Of a stretch of 64,000 bases of DNA, positions 1 to 13,068 are shown in pieces. The DNA comes from Podarcis cretensis. Its lineage: Eukaryota. Within the stretch, counting starts at the first letter, position 1. Each line of letters begins with the position of its first letter. The notes under the pieces are model-generated. The model did not search any database. It was given only the letters and a program-made list of their open reading frames with translations, and was not told the origin of the DNA. Both the position numbers and the translations under genes were made by a program. Location: NCBI GenBank assembly GCA_951804945.1, contig OX638156.1, positions 5,518,001 to 5,582,000 of the forward strand, written 5' to 3'.

Positions 1-334
1 TTTTTTACGCCAGTGGAGGCAAGTTAGTGAGCGTTCCGTGGCACTCTGGCTGGGAAAGCCCGTGTGTGCAGGACTGCTGTGTGTGCATCAGAGTATGTGT
101 ACAGGGCTCTGGATCAGGGTGGCAAAGCGTGAACATGTCCAGGTTGCTCCTGGCCTCCTCTTAAAAAGGCTGTAGCTAATGTTTTGCGATGGAGCACCCC
201 TTTTAAGTGGGGGGTGGGTGGAGCAGGAGGGTGGGCATGTGCTTCGGAATATCCCCAAAGGCTTTCTCTCCTTGCAAGAAGTTTTAAAATGCCACCTTAT
301 GCAGAACCAAAATTAAATAAGAGAGCAATGAAAT

Positions 335-688
335 GAGATTGCAGGGTGGCGCTGTGGGTTAAACCACAGAGCCTAGGACTTGCCGATCAGAAGGTCGGCG
401 GTTCGAATTCCCGTGACGGAGTGAGCTCCTGTTGCTCGGTCCCTGCTCCTGCCCACCTAGCAGTTTGAAAGCACGTCAAAGTGCAAGTAGATAAATAGGT
501 ACTGCTCTGGCGGGAAGGTAAACGGCGCTTCCGTGCACTGCTCTGGTTCGCCAGAAGCGGCTTAGTCATGCTGGCCACATGACCCGGAAACGTACGCCGG
601 CTCCCTCGGCTAGTAAAGCGAGATGAGCGCCGCAACCCCAGAGTCGACCACGACTGGACCTAATGGTCAGGGGTCCCTTTACCTTTAC
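335..688 (+). mobile_element. Sauria SINE
   Basis: tRNA-like A box TGGCGCTGTGG and B box GGTTCGAATTC, core gtgcaagtagataaataggtac, (ACCTTT)n tail. Confidence 0.92.
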
Positions 689-1799
689 AAAGCATAAGAC
701 AGGAACAGTGCCTTTCTTCTGTTGCGGTTTTTGTAGACAGAATCCACTGGGATCAGTCTCATATCCCCCACTGATATGAATGGGGGCTGTGCAGGGTATT
801 TTCTGAGTGGAACTGCATCCTCTTAAAAGAAAATCTGATCCAGGAATCCCTTGTGGAAACTCTGGTGTGGACACAATAGTTCCTGCACGAGGCACTATGC
901 ATTTGTATGAAGTGGAACACACAACACTTGGAAGTGGGCTCTGGTATTCTGTTTTCTTAAGCAATTTGCACCATTGGTAAGATGGGGTGAGTTTTGAAAC
1001 ACACTTTGTCAAAGACAAAAAAGAGAGAGAAATTTAGACCTTCAAACCCCCTTTTTGGTTCAATTATATCCCCAAAAACTTCTCCAGTAAACTGCATTTT
1101 TTAAGACACAAACTTTTTTCTCTACTTCACAAGACACAGTAAAGTTTAAAGGAAGAGGAACTGATGCTAAGGAATAGGCTTGGACCAATAGTGACATTCT
1201 CTAGTATTTTTCTGCCTTTCCCCTGTAATAACATTTTCGGGTAGAAGGACTATTGGTATTCCCCTCTCTTATTGTTTTTTTTTGGGGGGGGGGGCATTGG
1301 GGTGGTGAAATGCAGCTAACAAGGACAACCAGCCAGAGGAAAGAAAAAATGTCTGCAGGTACATTCGGTACTGTGTGAACAGAGAGGCCTGGAGGAAGAA
1401 ATGCAACACAGAAATCTACAGATGGGTTTACATGTTCTCTGCCCTCGGTCAAAAAGTGTGAGTGATGGTAAGGCAAGATAATAATGAAAATAATATATAT
1501 ATATTTATATTTTAAAGGCCTGAATTCAGTCTCTTTATCCACAGAGTTATACTAGAGATACTAGCCAGCTCTCTACCCACACATCCTAGAACAGATTTTG
1601 ACAGATAGCTGCCAAGCATGCTTTGCAACTGAACAGGTAAACATAAAATTATTTGTATGCTCAAGTAGCTTCATGGGAGCAAGTAGCCAAGGGAGAATGA
1701 GGCAAAGGCAAAAGAAATAGTAGAGCAAGTCACACAAGTGCACAGACAATGCAAGGAGTGAGAGATGGGGCAAAACTGCTCAGAAACACCAACAAACTG

Positions 1800-1964
1800 C
1801 CGTATTTTTTCGTGTATAAGACTAGTTTCCCCCATTAAAAATAATGTCCAAAATTTGGGGGCGTCTTATACACGGGGGCCATCTCCTCCCATTTTCTTAA
1901 ATCGGGGTCCCCAAAAATAGGGGTCGTCTTATACATGGGGGCGTCTTATAGATGGAAAATACGG
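1800..1964. mobile_element. Tc2/mariner-like MITE
   Basis: TIRs CCGTATTTT...AAAATACGG, TA at the right flank, internal gcgtcttata repeats. Confidence 0.75.
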
Positions 1965-4900
1965 TAATACATTTAAGAAAGCTTGCATGGGAGCTGGACC
2001 ATTCAGCTGCTGACAAGTTCCTAATTACTCCCTCATCTTTACTTAGGAAAGAAGTTATCTCAGATGTACTGACTTCTCTAAATTGCCCAGGTTGTTTCTG
2101 CAAGCACTGACAAACTCTCTTTCTCACACATACACTCGTTTTTAGAATGAATAAATCAAAGAAGCACACTGATAATGTTAAGGCCTCACTTAACTGTGTT
2201 TGGTTTTTGCGGGGGGGGGGGGGAGAGAGAGAAGTCAGCAAAAGAAAGAGTTGAGAACGTCAGTTTTTCGGTACCCAAAAGACACAGCTAGCCAGGATGT
2301 TTTCACTGTTCTGAGTTCCAAATCCTTCTGAAGGCCCTGATTTAAGAATATACGTTTAGCTGCTTGGGGGGAGTTTCACATTTTTTAAAGCGGCATTTCC
2401 AACACAATAGAATGGCAGCTAAAATTCTCAAAAGAAATGTTTATTTTCCTGTAACTTTAAAGATGAAAACTAGAAAAGTTTCTGCGTCCATACAGTTTTG
2501 GTTTCTGCAGCCTCCCCCCCCCCCCAATAATTGCTTTTTAAACCCTTTCAATACTTTTCATGACATTTTATCATCAGAGTTTGGTCAGGGACAGGGTGGT
2601 GGTGATGGTGGACACCAGGGGAGGAAAACTATCAAAGAGACTTTGTTTCAGGACTGCTTGGAGATGGGGGAATGTAGAAAAGGAGCGCGTGAAGGAATTT
2701 GGAAGGGCAGCTGCAGCAAATTCCCGACTCCTGGAAACCAGAATTATAGCTTCTTTTTTTCCTTGGAAAGAAATAAAGAAGTCTGAGGGGAGAAGAGGGA
2801 AAATTAAAGATTTATAGCCAATGGCTGAATGGAGATCACTTGGCACTATTACAAAAGGACAAACAGCTTATCTCCCGGTCAGACTTGATGGGCCTTATTT
2901 CTGGCTTTTGGGTTTATTCTGTGGGACAGCCGCCAAAAGAGTAGGCCGGCCTGCATTGAATCTGAAACTTGATGTCAAGAAAGATATTTCTTTTATTTCC
3001 TTTATTTCTTCCTACAAGCAGGGAATGTGGGATGCAGTGGCACAGAGGAAGAAATCCAATTTTGGTAGTTTGATAAAGCTGGCTGTTTGCTAATAGGCAA
3101 CTCTGAAAATAATGGGCATACAGGCCCTGCTTGAGAATAAAGAAAGCAGAATTCTTTGGCAGCACACCCATTGCTTCGCAAGCTGTAAGCTAAGGTATGC
3201 GTGTCTGCTTTGATTTTAGGTAGCATAACTAGTCTGGGAAGAAGAGAGACCGACAGTAGCCAAAAGGGGCACACACAAGCAAAACTGCGGTATGCGCTGG
3301 ATTCTCACGACTGAATTGTACTCAATAGGAATCCAAAAATGCCCTCAACAGTCTGGTGAGCTAAAAGCACAACAGTATATGTTGCGTTTCCGACTCAACT
3401 CTGAAACAATGGAGAGTCCTTCTCCCTGACAGGATGAGAGTTAGGAAAGTAAACTTTCAAGACTGCGAAGAGTACAAAACATTAGGAAATGGGGGCCATG
3501 AACTACGGAAGAAACACAGACAATTTTACCCCTTTCTTTCTTCACCAGCTATACTCCCTTAATCAGTAGGGCACTTGTACAATGCAGCAGGCGCTGAATC
3601 TGGATAGTGATTTTTTTTTGGGGGGGGTGCTCTCTCCCTCCCTCAATTATGTAGAAAATTATCCTGTTTGCAAAACCATGATGATTTCTACGCGCACATA
3701 CTAATGATATAGTATGGCTCTGCAGGCTATGAACTCTAGGATAACTTATCTTCACATGCGTTGTGTTTGCACACAGTGGGCTGAGCAAAAGTGCACACAA
3801 CCACATTATCGTTTTTATGCTCTCTTGGCTATAATACAGAAGGCTCAAGGCAGAAGAAGAAACGCATGGTGGTGACGACACAGACATAACCAGAGGGGAG
3901 TTTTGGCACCTGTAAGCAGGAAAATATGGTCTGCATTTGTTTTTGCATCCAGTCTGTCACTTGAGGATTAGTCTGGAAGAGTGTGAATTAAATGGGGGGA
4001 AACCCCATAAGGTTGAAGACTTTGAGAATTAAACCAAGCACCGCCCTTCCGGAGCTGCACTGCAACACTGTGTTGTAACAGGATTTAGGGAGAATCATTA
4101 CTCCAGAGTAATCTGCAGTGTGCCATGGAGTACCCTGACAGCTCCATCTGAAAACCCAAAGGGCAGCGACTCTATCTCGCATTTATTCTTGAGGTCCATA
4201 TGCAAAACAATACAATTTTTTGACCTTTAGGTACAGGCTCATGTTGCTGTACTGGGATCAAGGAGAGATTCAAAACAGGAAAAATGTAGTAAGCTTTCAT
4301 CACCTTTCCTTAGTGGGAGAGTATATAAACCTTCAAGTTATGAAAAACTCATCAAAAAGGAAAAGCAGCATTATTTCACAGTTTAAGCCACAGCAAGGAT
4401 AAAGTTATGTGATTGCAAATAAGGGAGAAGTGGCCCAGCTTTTTGGAGTTGGCACCACCTCTAATATAGAACCAATTTCTACTCATCAATGCCCCGTTTT
4501 CCACTCAGGCCAAGTCCTAATCATGTTTACAACAAGCTTCTACACCAAGTCACAAAAATACTTGATTAACAATCACCCTTGCTCTTTAAAAAGCCAAGGC
4601 TGCTACCTTTCCAACTTGTCTGCCAAATGGTTCTGTGCTAACTCAAAATTCCCCAAACAGAAGACTGTCTGCTGACAACCCACCTCCAAGCCTGTTTTGA
4701 AGTTTTCTCCTCACACAATCCAGCAGTGGAGGAAGTGAAGCCGTCCCTGGTTCTCTCTCTGAAGAAGGCTAAGAGACACCTCCTAAACAAACACCAATTC
4801 AGGAACACTTTCAGGTGGAAGAGCATTCATCCCTATAGAGTATGTGGCACTAAAGAACATTAATACACCACAGAGGAGAGAAACGAGAGAGATGGCACTT

Positions 4901-5943
4901 CCAAAGGCCTGAGATGGCACCTAAACAAAGTGACAAAGTGTCCTGCAGGGACAAGGAAGCTAGTTGTGGAAGAAGAAGGAGCCCAAAGTGATCGTGCATG
5001 AAGGTTACAGCTGCAGATTCCATCATGCAGAGGACTCAATGACAAGAAATCCAGTATTTTCAGGTCCAGTGCAAGTTTTAAAGAATACTAACAGGGCATA
5101 CAGGACACCTGCCACCTGTCAAGGAAAAGAGGAGAGTCTTGAATGGAAGACTTGGGACAGCAGATCTCATACTGCTTCATTTGTATGCCACTCTCCACAT
5201 ACCAATCTCCCATGCGATCAAGTCTAAGCTTTGCCAAGCTGCGGCTAACCAAGGACCGTGTCCTACCTTAGCTGTTCTGTTCCCACACAACTCAGTGCTG
5301 TAATGTGGGGAATGCTTAGCTCTTTGTTTTTCTGTGAATAAAGCCAGAGGTAATCTAAGAATCTGAAACCAAGGTTGCCCTACCAGCTTGTGACTTGCTT
5401 GTAAAACACTTGCATAAATCCTGCACACATAATTATTTTTGTTTTGGGGGTGTAGATATCAAGAGTAGACAAAATGAGAATCACTGATAGGAAAATAAAA
5501 TGGGAGATCTCAAGTCAAAAGTCGTAACAAATGCAACAGCCAAGAGAGAGAAGGGAGCAGAGCTATGTTAACAAGCCCCCCAGACACTGATATCTTATCC
5601 CCCAGCTAGGAAGAGGAAGACGCTGACAGTTTTCACTAAAGGATTCTCATCCTATCACATGACTTTTGTCCACATGCAGGAAGCAGAAGGATAGATGAGA
5701 GGTGCAATGCTGTGGTTTTAAAAATGGAAGAAACCAAGGTGGGAAACTGAAGCCACAGGATGCAACTAGAGGGGAAAACCTGGCAGCTGCTGCAAAGGAG
5801 GAAAGAAGTCAAAGAGAAAACTTGCTTGGCTTGCTGCCCATGCCTGGCTGGGGTTCCAAGTCCCCTCTCTTGGGAATGCCCAACCAACTGTACACCTCTG
5901 GCATCTTGAATAGATTTCTTTTGACAAAAGGTTGACAGGTTGG

Positions 5944-5949
5944 TTTATT
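5944..5949 (-). terminator. Candidate proximal polyadenylation signal (AATAAA) of BICRA
   Basis: AATAAA on the minus strand about 0.87 kb after the stop codon, following AU-rich 3' UTR-like sequence. Confidence 0.45.
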
Positions 5950-6821
5950 TTTTAAAAAAGGGGGGAGGGAAGACGTTAGAGAGAAATGTACACCCTCTTG
6001 CCAGAACTTTCCTAGTTTCACTGATCCTGACTGCGTTAACCAGACCCATGGATATCTGAGGAGGGACTGGCTTCCTCTTTAAAAAGGGCTTATTTGTAAA
6101 CTCAACCCACACTTCTTTGTTTAAACCATTAGTGTTTGTATCTTTTCTCCTTTCTTCTTCTTTTTTTTTGCATTTTGTTCAGATTCTATTTTTTTACGTT
6201 AAAAAAGGAAAGAAAAAGCAGACAGTTTATACTTAAAATAACTTAAGAAACCCCACAAAATCAATTACATAAATTGCCCCTTGTGGCAACTCCTCTGGAG
6301 CTGTCCCCCTGCCCTACCCCATTCCTTTGGCCTCCCCGCTGGCTTCTGGCTTGGGATTTGTGAAAATGTCCAAAATATAGGTGTGGAGTTTGGGGCGGGG
6401 AATAAAACCCAATTATCATCAGAGATTCAAATTAGCAATTTGTTACAGAATCTAAATATTACACAGCCAACACTACCACCTATGGGCCCCCAATCCAACC
6501 CCCACCCGCCTGCCTCGCATTTGCTGAACTTCTTCTTTAAACATGGTGCATGTGATGAGACAAGTATATTGTAAATCCAGCCGCAGCTTTACAACAACCA
6601 AAACCCATCATATAAACACTTGGATGGATGAAGCCTCTGTAGGACATTCTCACTGCCCGCCCCACCCCAGATCCCCGCTCTTCCCTTCTGGTATCAGCCC
6701 TATTCTATCAGGTCTCTGGGAAGTGGCACCTTGGCTTCCAACCGTTTCCCAGCCAGCAGAAGCTGTAGCAGCCCCAGTCCTTGGCTCTCTTTGTACAGTC
6801 TCTGCTTGGTATAGATTTCTG

Positions 6822-8041
6822 TTATCTGTTCAACGTCCTTGCTCCAAGGCCGCCATTGTGATTGGGGGCAAGGTAAGCGTCTGTGCGGTGGACAGGGGAA
6901 GAGAAAGGGGAGGAGGAGGAGTTGTATGATGAGGAGGGTGCTCGGGCGTTCTGGCCCCCAGCTTGAGGTTGCTGCAAGTTCAGGATGCTATCAATGGCGC
7001 TCTGTAGGTGCTCGTTGAGCGAGTCATCTGGGGGGCTGTCGCTGGAGAAGCTGGCATTGTCCACATCGAAAGACTCTGACTTTCTGCGTTTGGCTGGGGG
7101 CAGGGGCACGTCCCATGTGAGTTCAGAGGCAGAACCATGGTCAGGTGGCTCAATTTTTATCATCCGGTGATAAAACTCATCCTCAACCTCCGCCAATTCC
7201 TTCATAAGGCCACTGGTTGAATCGTCGGTCTTAGGAGGGGTGGGGCTCTCTTGCATCACGAGGGAACGGGCATCGCTCCGGTTGAAAAAGGTATGCTTGG
7301 TACCCTCCTCTGACCGGCTCTTCTCTGCCCCAGCCATGGAGGGGCTCTCGTGGGTTTTGCGGGAAGTGATGACGCTCCTGGAGCCCCCATCCTGCTTGAT
7401 GATGAGGGTGCTTGGCACCATATCAACTTTGGGGCTGCTCTCTTTCAGGCAGGTGTCAGAGGCTTTATCCGCTACAAAAGCGTCCACATTCTCCCGGTAG
7501 GTCTTACGGAGGGGAAGCCTGCAGTAAGTCACAAGGGGCTTTTTCTCCACTGGAGCTGCTGTGATATGATCAACGGTCCCATTCATTTGCCCCGCCGTTG
7601 AGACGGCAGTGGTGGTGGCGGCAACGGCTGAAGCCGACGAGTGCTGGTCAGCTGTTTTGATCACTGTGCACATGGGCGGCGGTGTCTGGTGAACCGGGTC
7701 CAAGGCAGTGTTGTGAACCACTTTGCTAAGGCCCGCCTCCTGTTTGATCTTCAGTTTCAGTCCAATCCGGCTCCGGGCTTCATAGGTTTTGATGGGGGGC
7801 TTACTCCTGGAGGGCAAGGCATCCTCGTCACCATCTAATGAGGGAGAGGCCTTGGCCCACGTGACCGAGGGAGAGCCTCCGCTGTGCTTGATGACCAGTT
7901 TTGTTGGGTTGATCTGGGTTGCCATCTGCACCGGAGGTGCCTTCAGGTTCTCAGACGCCAGAGCGGCACTGCTGGACAGAGCACCCTGAGCCAGAGAAGA
8001 AGCAAAACTCTGCGACCGCGAAGATGAGGAAACATACTCAT
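6822..8041 (-). CDS. BICRA: BICRA last coding exon (DEYVSSS...PPIKTYEARSRIGLKLKIKQEAG...PPAKRRKS...GLGARTLNR*)
   Basis: ttgcag|AT GAG TAT; in frame with ORF 6822..7931; TAA at 6822-6824; PAKRRK is an NLS-like motif. Confidence 0.96.
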
Positions 8042-9024
8042 CTGCAAGAGAACAACATGTGTCACTATTTCAGACAAAAACAGACTGAGGTCTTCTCACG
8101 CCACCACTGACTTAACAACAGCAAACTTTAACCTAGAGATGGCCACTTCTTTAGTGTCACGGGCCACTGTATTCTCCAGTTACAAGCTGGAACAATTCAG
8201 TCCCTTTCACAGATGCCGACTCTCTATAATAATATTGGCATCGCCTCAGAGCCAAAGCTCCGCAGATATGGAGTGCGTGCACTCAGGTGGTAGGTCACAA
8301 ATGTGTTTCTTGTAAGATTCCCCCTCAGGAGGCAGGTTATCAGTAAAACCAATGCTTCTTTGGCTTCCAGAAACTGTTCTGCTATCTCACACACAAATAT
8401 TGATACAAAACACAGGAGATTTATTGCTCATTTTCCTTATAAGTGAAACGGTGGTTCAAAAAACATTTTACCATACCTTGATTAAAACTTTGTAGGGGGT
8501 GCAGATAAAATTGCTCTGTGGGCTACTCACTGACCACACATCATGCATTTGGATAACACCTTTAAGCCTTTTTTGGCTGGGCACCCAGCCACCTCTCTCT
8601 TACCTTCGCAGCACACTTGATTTTTTTTCCTTCTGAACCAGGAAACTCTGGTTCCTACATTTGGAATTCTGGGTCTTAAACCATCTTCAAACCGTTGATA
8701 TCTAAAGTCTCCCATTTCAGGTTCTGCATTCTGCAGAAGTGCACTGCGAAGGGAGGAGAGACGGGGCTGTGTGCCAGAGACGCTTTCATATCTTGGTTTA
8801 CTAAACTGAGATATGATCATCCAAACTGAGATGAGAAATACTGGAGGTCAAGCCTGCCTGGGAGTCAGTCCTCTGCCCTGGAAGTCCTTAATGCCAGATG
8901 TGGAGGTCGCTGACAAGAGAAAGACAGTTGGCATTTTCTCAAAAGCACAAGGGCAGGGAGTGGAGGGAACACATACACTGGAATAAGCAAGCTACACGAG
9001 GAAATGAAACGCGTCTTTCCTCAC

Positions 9025-9127
9025 CTGGCTTCTCCTTTGCCAGCTGTTTATCAAGAGTTAAGGTGGTCTTTTCTTCCTGTATGAACATTCGATCGATCAT
9101 CACCATCTCTGCTGAAGGACTGAGTCT
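9025..9127 (-). CDS. BICRA: BICRA coding exon 13, GLTSCR1 domain (RLSPSAEMVMIDRMFIQEEKTTLTLDKQLAKEKP)
   Basis: ttggcag|AGA CTC...CCA G|gtgagg. Confidence 0.96.
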
Positions 9128-9309
9128 CTGCCAATGGAGGACAAAATATTGTGTCATGGGGAAGGCAAAGCCAACATGAGCCTCATGAACCCCCCCCCCC
9201 TCCCAATCTACATATTGTTGGGAACTTCCTTCCCTTTGCTGCTGCCTCCCTCACTGTTGACATTTAGACTGACGCTCCTCAGGGCAGTGGCTTCTGTACA
9301 TTTATAAGG

Positions 9310-10080
9310 CTGTGGCAAAGATGAAAGTAAGACACAATCAAATCTGTGTTGGAGGTGTAATCAAGTGGAGGGGACACTCATACATATGTGGTGGACAGTG
9401 ATAAAATCAAGGGCTTCTGGGATATGGTGTATGAGGAGCTAAAGGAAATATTCAAACAAAATTTTATTAAGAGAACAGAAGCTTTTTTTTACTGGGGATA
9501 CTTGATACAGATATAGCCAGAGAAAACAAACAAACAAAAAAAATTCTTTTGTGCTACAGGGGCCACAAGAACATTAATTGCCAAAAATTGGAAAAAATAA
9601 ATAACACAGATAAAAAAAGAATGGCAAGATAAATTATTGGATTATATCTAATTGGCCAGATTGACTGGAGCTATCAGGGATCAGCCCAAACAAAAATTTC
9701 AAAAAGACTGGAAAAAAATATAGAGAATATCTTAAAAAGCAGTGCCCTCGAATTAATACTTGGATTTGTTTCGATTAACTTCTGCAAAATAAACTGAGGT
9801 ATGTAAGTCAAAAATAGAAAGAAAAATAAGGAATTAAGAAGGAAATAGTTTACCAAAAACGAAAAGAGAACCATGTTGAGGATGAAGGAAGTCAATTGGA
9901 AGGAAAGAAGTATGGTGTATATATATTGATGTTCATTTGTTTGTATAAATTTTGTAAGTAACAATGTTTTAATTGTATTTCTCTCTTTTTTGTAAGTTTT
10001 AGTGTTGATTATGTATTATTATTTTTATGTTTAATGTGTATATGTGTGTCGTAAAATAAATTCAAAAGAAAGAAAGAAAG
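9310..10080 (+). mobile_element. L1-clade LINE 3' fragment (degenerate)
   Basis: Encodes NLCWRCNQVEGTLIHMWWT (ORF2 C-terminal CCHC knuckle), A-rich body, AATAAA and (GAAA)n tail. Confidence 0.8.
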
Positions 10081-10135
10081 GATCCATATTAACTGATTAA
10101 GAAGCCAGTGGCAGGAGAAAGAACTGTTACATTTA

Positions 10136-10471
10136 CAGTGGTGCCCCGCAAGACGAATGCCTCGCAAGACAAAAAACCCGCTAGACGAAAGGGTTTTCCG
10201 TTTTGGAGGCACTTCGCAAAACGAATTTCCCTATGGGCTTGCTTCGCAAGACAAAATGTCTTGCGAGTTTTCCCAACTTTTTTTTCCTCCCCCCCCCTTT
10301 TTCTAAGCCGCTAAGCCGCTTATCTGCTTATCCGCTAAGCTGATAAGCCGCTAAAAGCCGCTAATAGTGCTAATCCGCTAAGCCGCTAATAGGGTTGCTT
10401 CGCAAGACGAAAAAACCGCTAGACGAAGAGAATCGCGGAACGGATTCTTTTCGTCTTGCGAGGCACCACTG
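10136..10471 (+). mobile_element. Tc1/mariner (pogo/Tigger-like) MITE, copy 1
   Basis: TA TSD; TIR CAGTGGTGCCYCGCAAGACGAA; repeated GCAAGACG motifs; ccgctaag array. Confidence 0.9.
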
Positions 10472-10633
10472 TATTCTGCTGCATTTCCTTTTGTTTGTAC
10501 GGATAAATGCAAAAGCCCCTACTATCCCAGCAATCAGGTCAAATGGGAGCCAATGTGGTCAAGTGTGAGGCATTCCTAAGCAAGGGAATCCTTAGCGATC
10601 CACCAGGGTGGCTCTGCAACGCTCAAAGGATGA

Positions 10634-11026
10634 GGCTGGTTCCAATCTCCTACCTGCAAAATAATCACTATTGTCCACTTCTTTTTTATGAACTGATATG
10701 GGTTTAAACAAGCTGGTAACGAGTATAATCTACTGTACAGAGCTGCTCATTTTCCACAGATGAGTGCAGTGGAAACCGTCACATAAGAAGCCTCTAGCCC
10801 TGATTAGTGGTGGAGATACATATTTTAAAAGGGGCTGGTTCCAATCTCCCACCTGCAAAATAATCATTATTGTCCACTTCTTTTTTATGAACTGATAGTG
10901 AACCGATATAATCTACTGTTACAGAGCTGCTCATTTTCCACAGATGAGTGCAAGTGGAAATCCACATGTAAACTGACACCTAAAAAGCCTCTAGCCCTGA
11001 CAGAGGTGGAAATACATATTTTTAAA
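10634..11026. repeat. Diverged tandem duplication, period about 199 bp
   Basis: ggctggttccaatctcc..acctgcaaaataatca..ttgtccacttcttttttatgaactgata...gagctgctcattttccacagatgagtgca occurs at 10634 and 10833. Confidence 0.9.
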
Positions 11027-11609
11027 TATGCAAGCACTGTTCATGTTCCGGCATTCAAGGACCAGGGTATCTTTGCCCTTCACCAGTCTCTTCCTTGTTA
11101 CCATCCGTCATTTAATCTCCCATTTCCTTACAGCCCCTCAACCTGCCCAACCTCCTCTTGTTGCCACCAGTCCACTCCTGCAACACAACCCTCTCTTCTA
11201 AGCATCTCCCACCCAAACTCTGCAAAGTTTCAACTATCTGCTTCAGAAGAAATAAAACAAACCGGGCAAATCTTTGCAATTAAACCATACCGGTGTCTTG
11301 TATTGACTTGCTCATTCTAGGCATAGAACCTTGGTTTCTCTGGGAGAAAATGAGGAGGTTTTGGCAACGTATGTACATCCCTGCCTATTCTTCTTTTCCT
11401 ACAAGATCACTTCTCCATCATATTGATTTATAATAATAATTTTAAAAATACACACCAAATTCAGAGTGTACCATATGATTGCAACAGGTTCCTCCCAAAC
11501 ACAACCTGTTATCAGCCAGCTGAGTGTTCCTGGCAAAGGCCAGGATTAGATGAGGATACTTGTTGGAAAACGATCTGTTCAAAGAGGAAGCTAGAGAAGA
11601 AATTCTTAC

Positions 11610-11704
11610 CCGGGATTCCTCCAACAGCAGCAGGCGGTATTTGTTCAACATGGCTTGTGTGCGTTTCAACAACTGCGTAGACACCATTTCAAACTCTTCA
11701 TCTA
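11610..11704 (-). CDS. BICRA: BICRA coding exon 12, GLTSCR1 domain (VDEEFEMVSTQLLKRTQAMLNKYRLLLLEESR)
   Basis: tctag|TA GAT...TCC CGG|gtaaga. Confidence 0.96.
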
Positions 11705-11850
11705 CTAGAAAGAAGCAGAACAAGAAGGGAGGGAGGGAGGGAGAGAAGGGGTGGTGGTTATATGATTGCCTCCTGTGAGTGGGACCTGCTGTAACGAAAA
11801 CCCTTCTTGCTGCTGGAGAATATTCATAATGCACTAATGTAAGTATTTCT

Positions 11851-12287
11851 TTCTCTCTTTTTTGGCCAATTGTTTTTATTGATTTTCCATAATTTTTAAC
11901 AAATTGTTACCAAATTAATACAAATTTAAAAGCTGACTTCCCACCCCCCAGAAGTCCCTTCTATTTTCCTCCCTCCTTTGCTGCTGCTCCCAATAAAATA
12001 ACTTTTCGAACTATCATTTCAAAATACATTCATTCCTTCTCCCTACACATCACCTGCACAATTACGAATTTCTGCTATGACTTTTATACATTATGATAAC
12101 CTGTCCCCAAAATAGTCGAGTAGAGTAAATCCTCTTTTATCTATCTATAATAGTCATTCATCAATTTTGAAACATTTCTTTCTGATACCTCTTGAGAAAC
12201 ACTTTGCCCGAGAAAAAGGGATCTTGCTTCCTTCCAGACAACACACACACACACACACACATTCCTCCCTAACATTCCTCCCCTCTC
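11851..12287 (-). mobile_element. Retroposed (L1-like 3' end) insertion with 17-bp TSD
   Basis: ctaatgtaagtatttct duplicated at 11834-11850 and 12288-12304; AATAAA and A-rich tail on the minus strand. Confidence 0.7.
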
Positions 12288-12919
12288 CTAATGTAAGTAT
12301 TTCTAAAATGGCAGCCATATTTCTCTTTAACTGCAAAGAAAATACCTGAAAGATTGACAAATTTATTTTGGAATGAATTTTCACAGGCAAGGGCCTATTT
12401 TAATCAAGATGCATGAAGCAATCTAGAAGGTTTAGAACCTGCATATACAAACATGTACCCACATGGCACAGCTATGTGCAATGTGAATCAAAGACGCAAA
12501 AATAAAAATGCAAAAGGGTAGCTTAGAGTAGGTGTACTAACCTATTAGGAATTCAGGATTCTGGATTTAACTGGAGTAGGTGTTCTTCTTCATTCCCACT
12601 GCAATCCTATGGGCCTAGCCCTAGAAGATACCCAGTTCACAGCACCCACAATCCAGTGAGCATAGCAGGGATGGTAGTACTGAGCCCTCAAGGAGAACAA
12701 TTACTTTATGCACATGAAGTACTTTGGGAACTTAGCTTTTACTTTATCTTAGCTTTTACTTTTAGGATTATGATCATCAGTAAGGATACAGAGTAGTGGG
12801 GTTTAATAGAAGGGGGTTGTCCAACCCTAATGCTTGGACAATTAGCAGGCAAGCTATGGGAAACAAGAGTCAATCCATCTCTTTGCATCTGATGCAGGAG
12901 AATCCCAGACAAAACTCAC

Positions 12920-13068
12920 CTTTCCGATAGTCATGGGGAGAAGGCAATGTTCCTTGGTATACGTGGTATGGTAGGAGCCTCTGTAAGGCATCTTCAAATG
13001 ACCGAAATGAGGTTTTGTAGTCAGGATGCAGCACTGCTCCTTGGTGTTTATGCAGCTGTTCCAAGAAA
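12920..13068 (-). CDS. BICRA: BICRA coding exon 11, GLTSCR1 domain (FLEQLHKHQG...PHDYRK)
   Basis: tttag|T TTC TTG...AAA G|gtgagt. Confidence 0.96.

Noticed and set aside
1-330. Possible promoter or exon of the neighbouring gene at the window start
   Set aside because: Only mild CpG content; no ORF or splice evidence within the window
335-420. tRNA-like A/B boxes
   Set aside because: SINE heads, not tRNA genes; no complete cloverleaf
387-1018. Recurrent ORFs containing MTKPLLANQSS or VKVKGPLTIRS (also at 36576, 43203, 56346, 60948)
   Set aside because: Translations of Sauria SINE copies, not a gene family
10009-10314. Recurrent ORFs VVPRKTNASQD...WACFARR (six places)
   Set aside because: Translations of the non-autonomous MITE; no transposase motifs
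10300-10395. Short repeated ccgctaag units resembling a CRISPR or iteron array
   Set aside because: No unique spacers; internal minisatellite of the MITE in eukaryotic DNA
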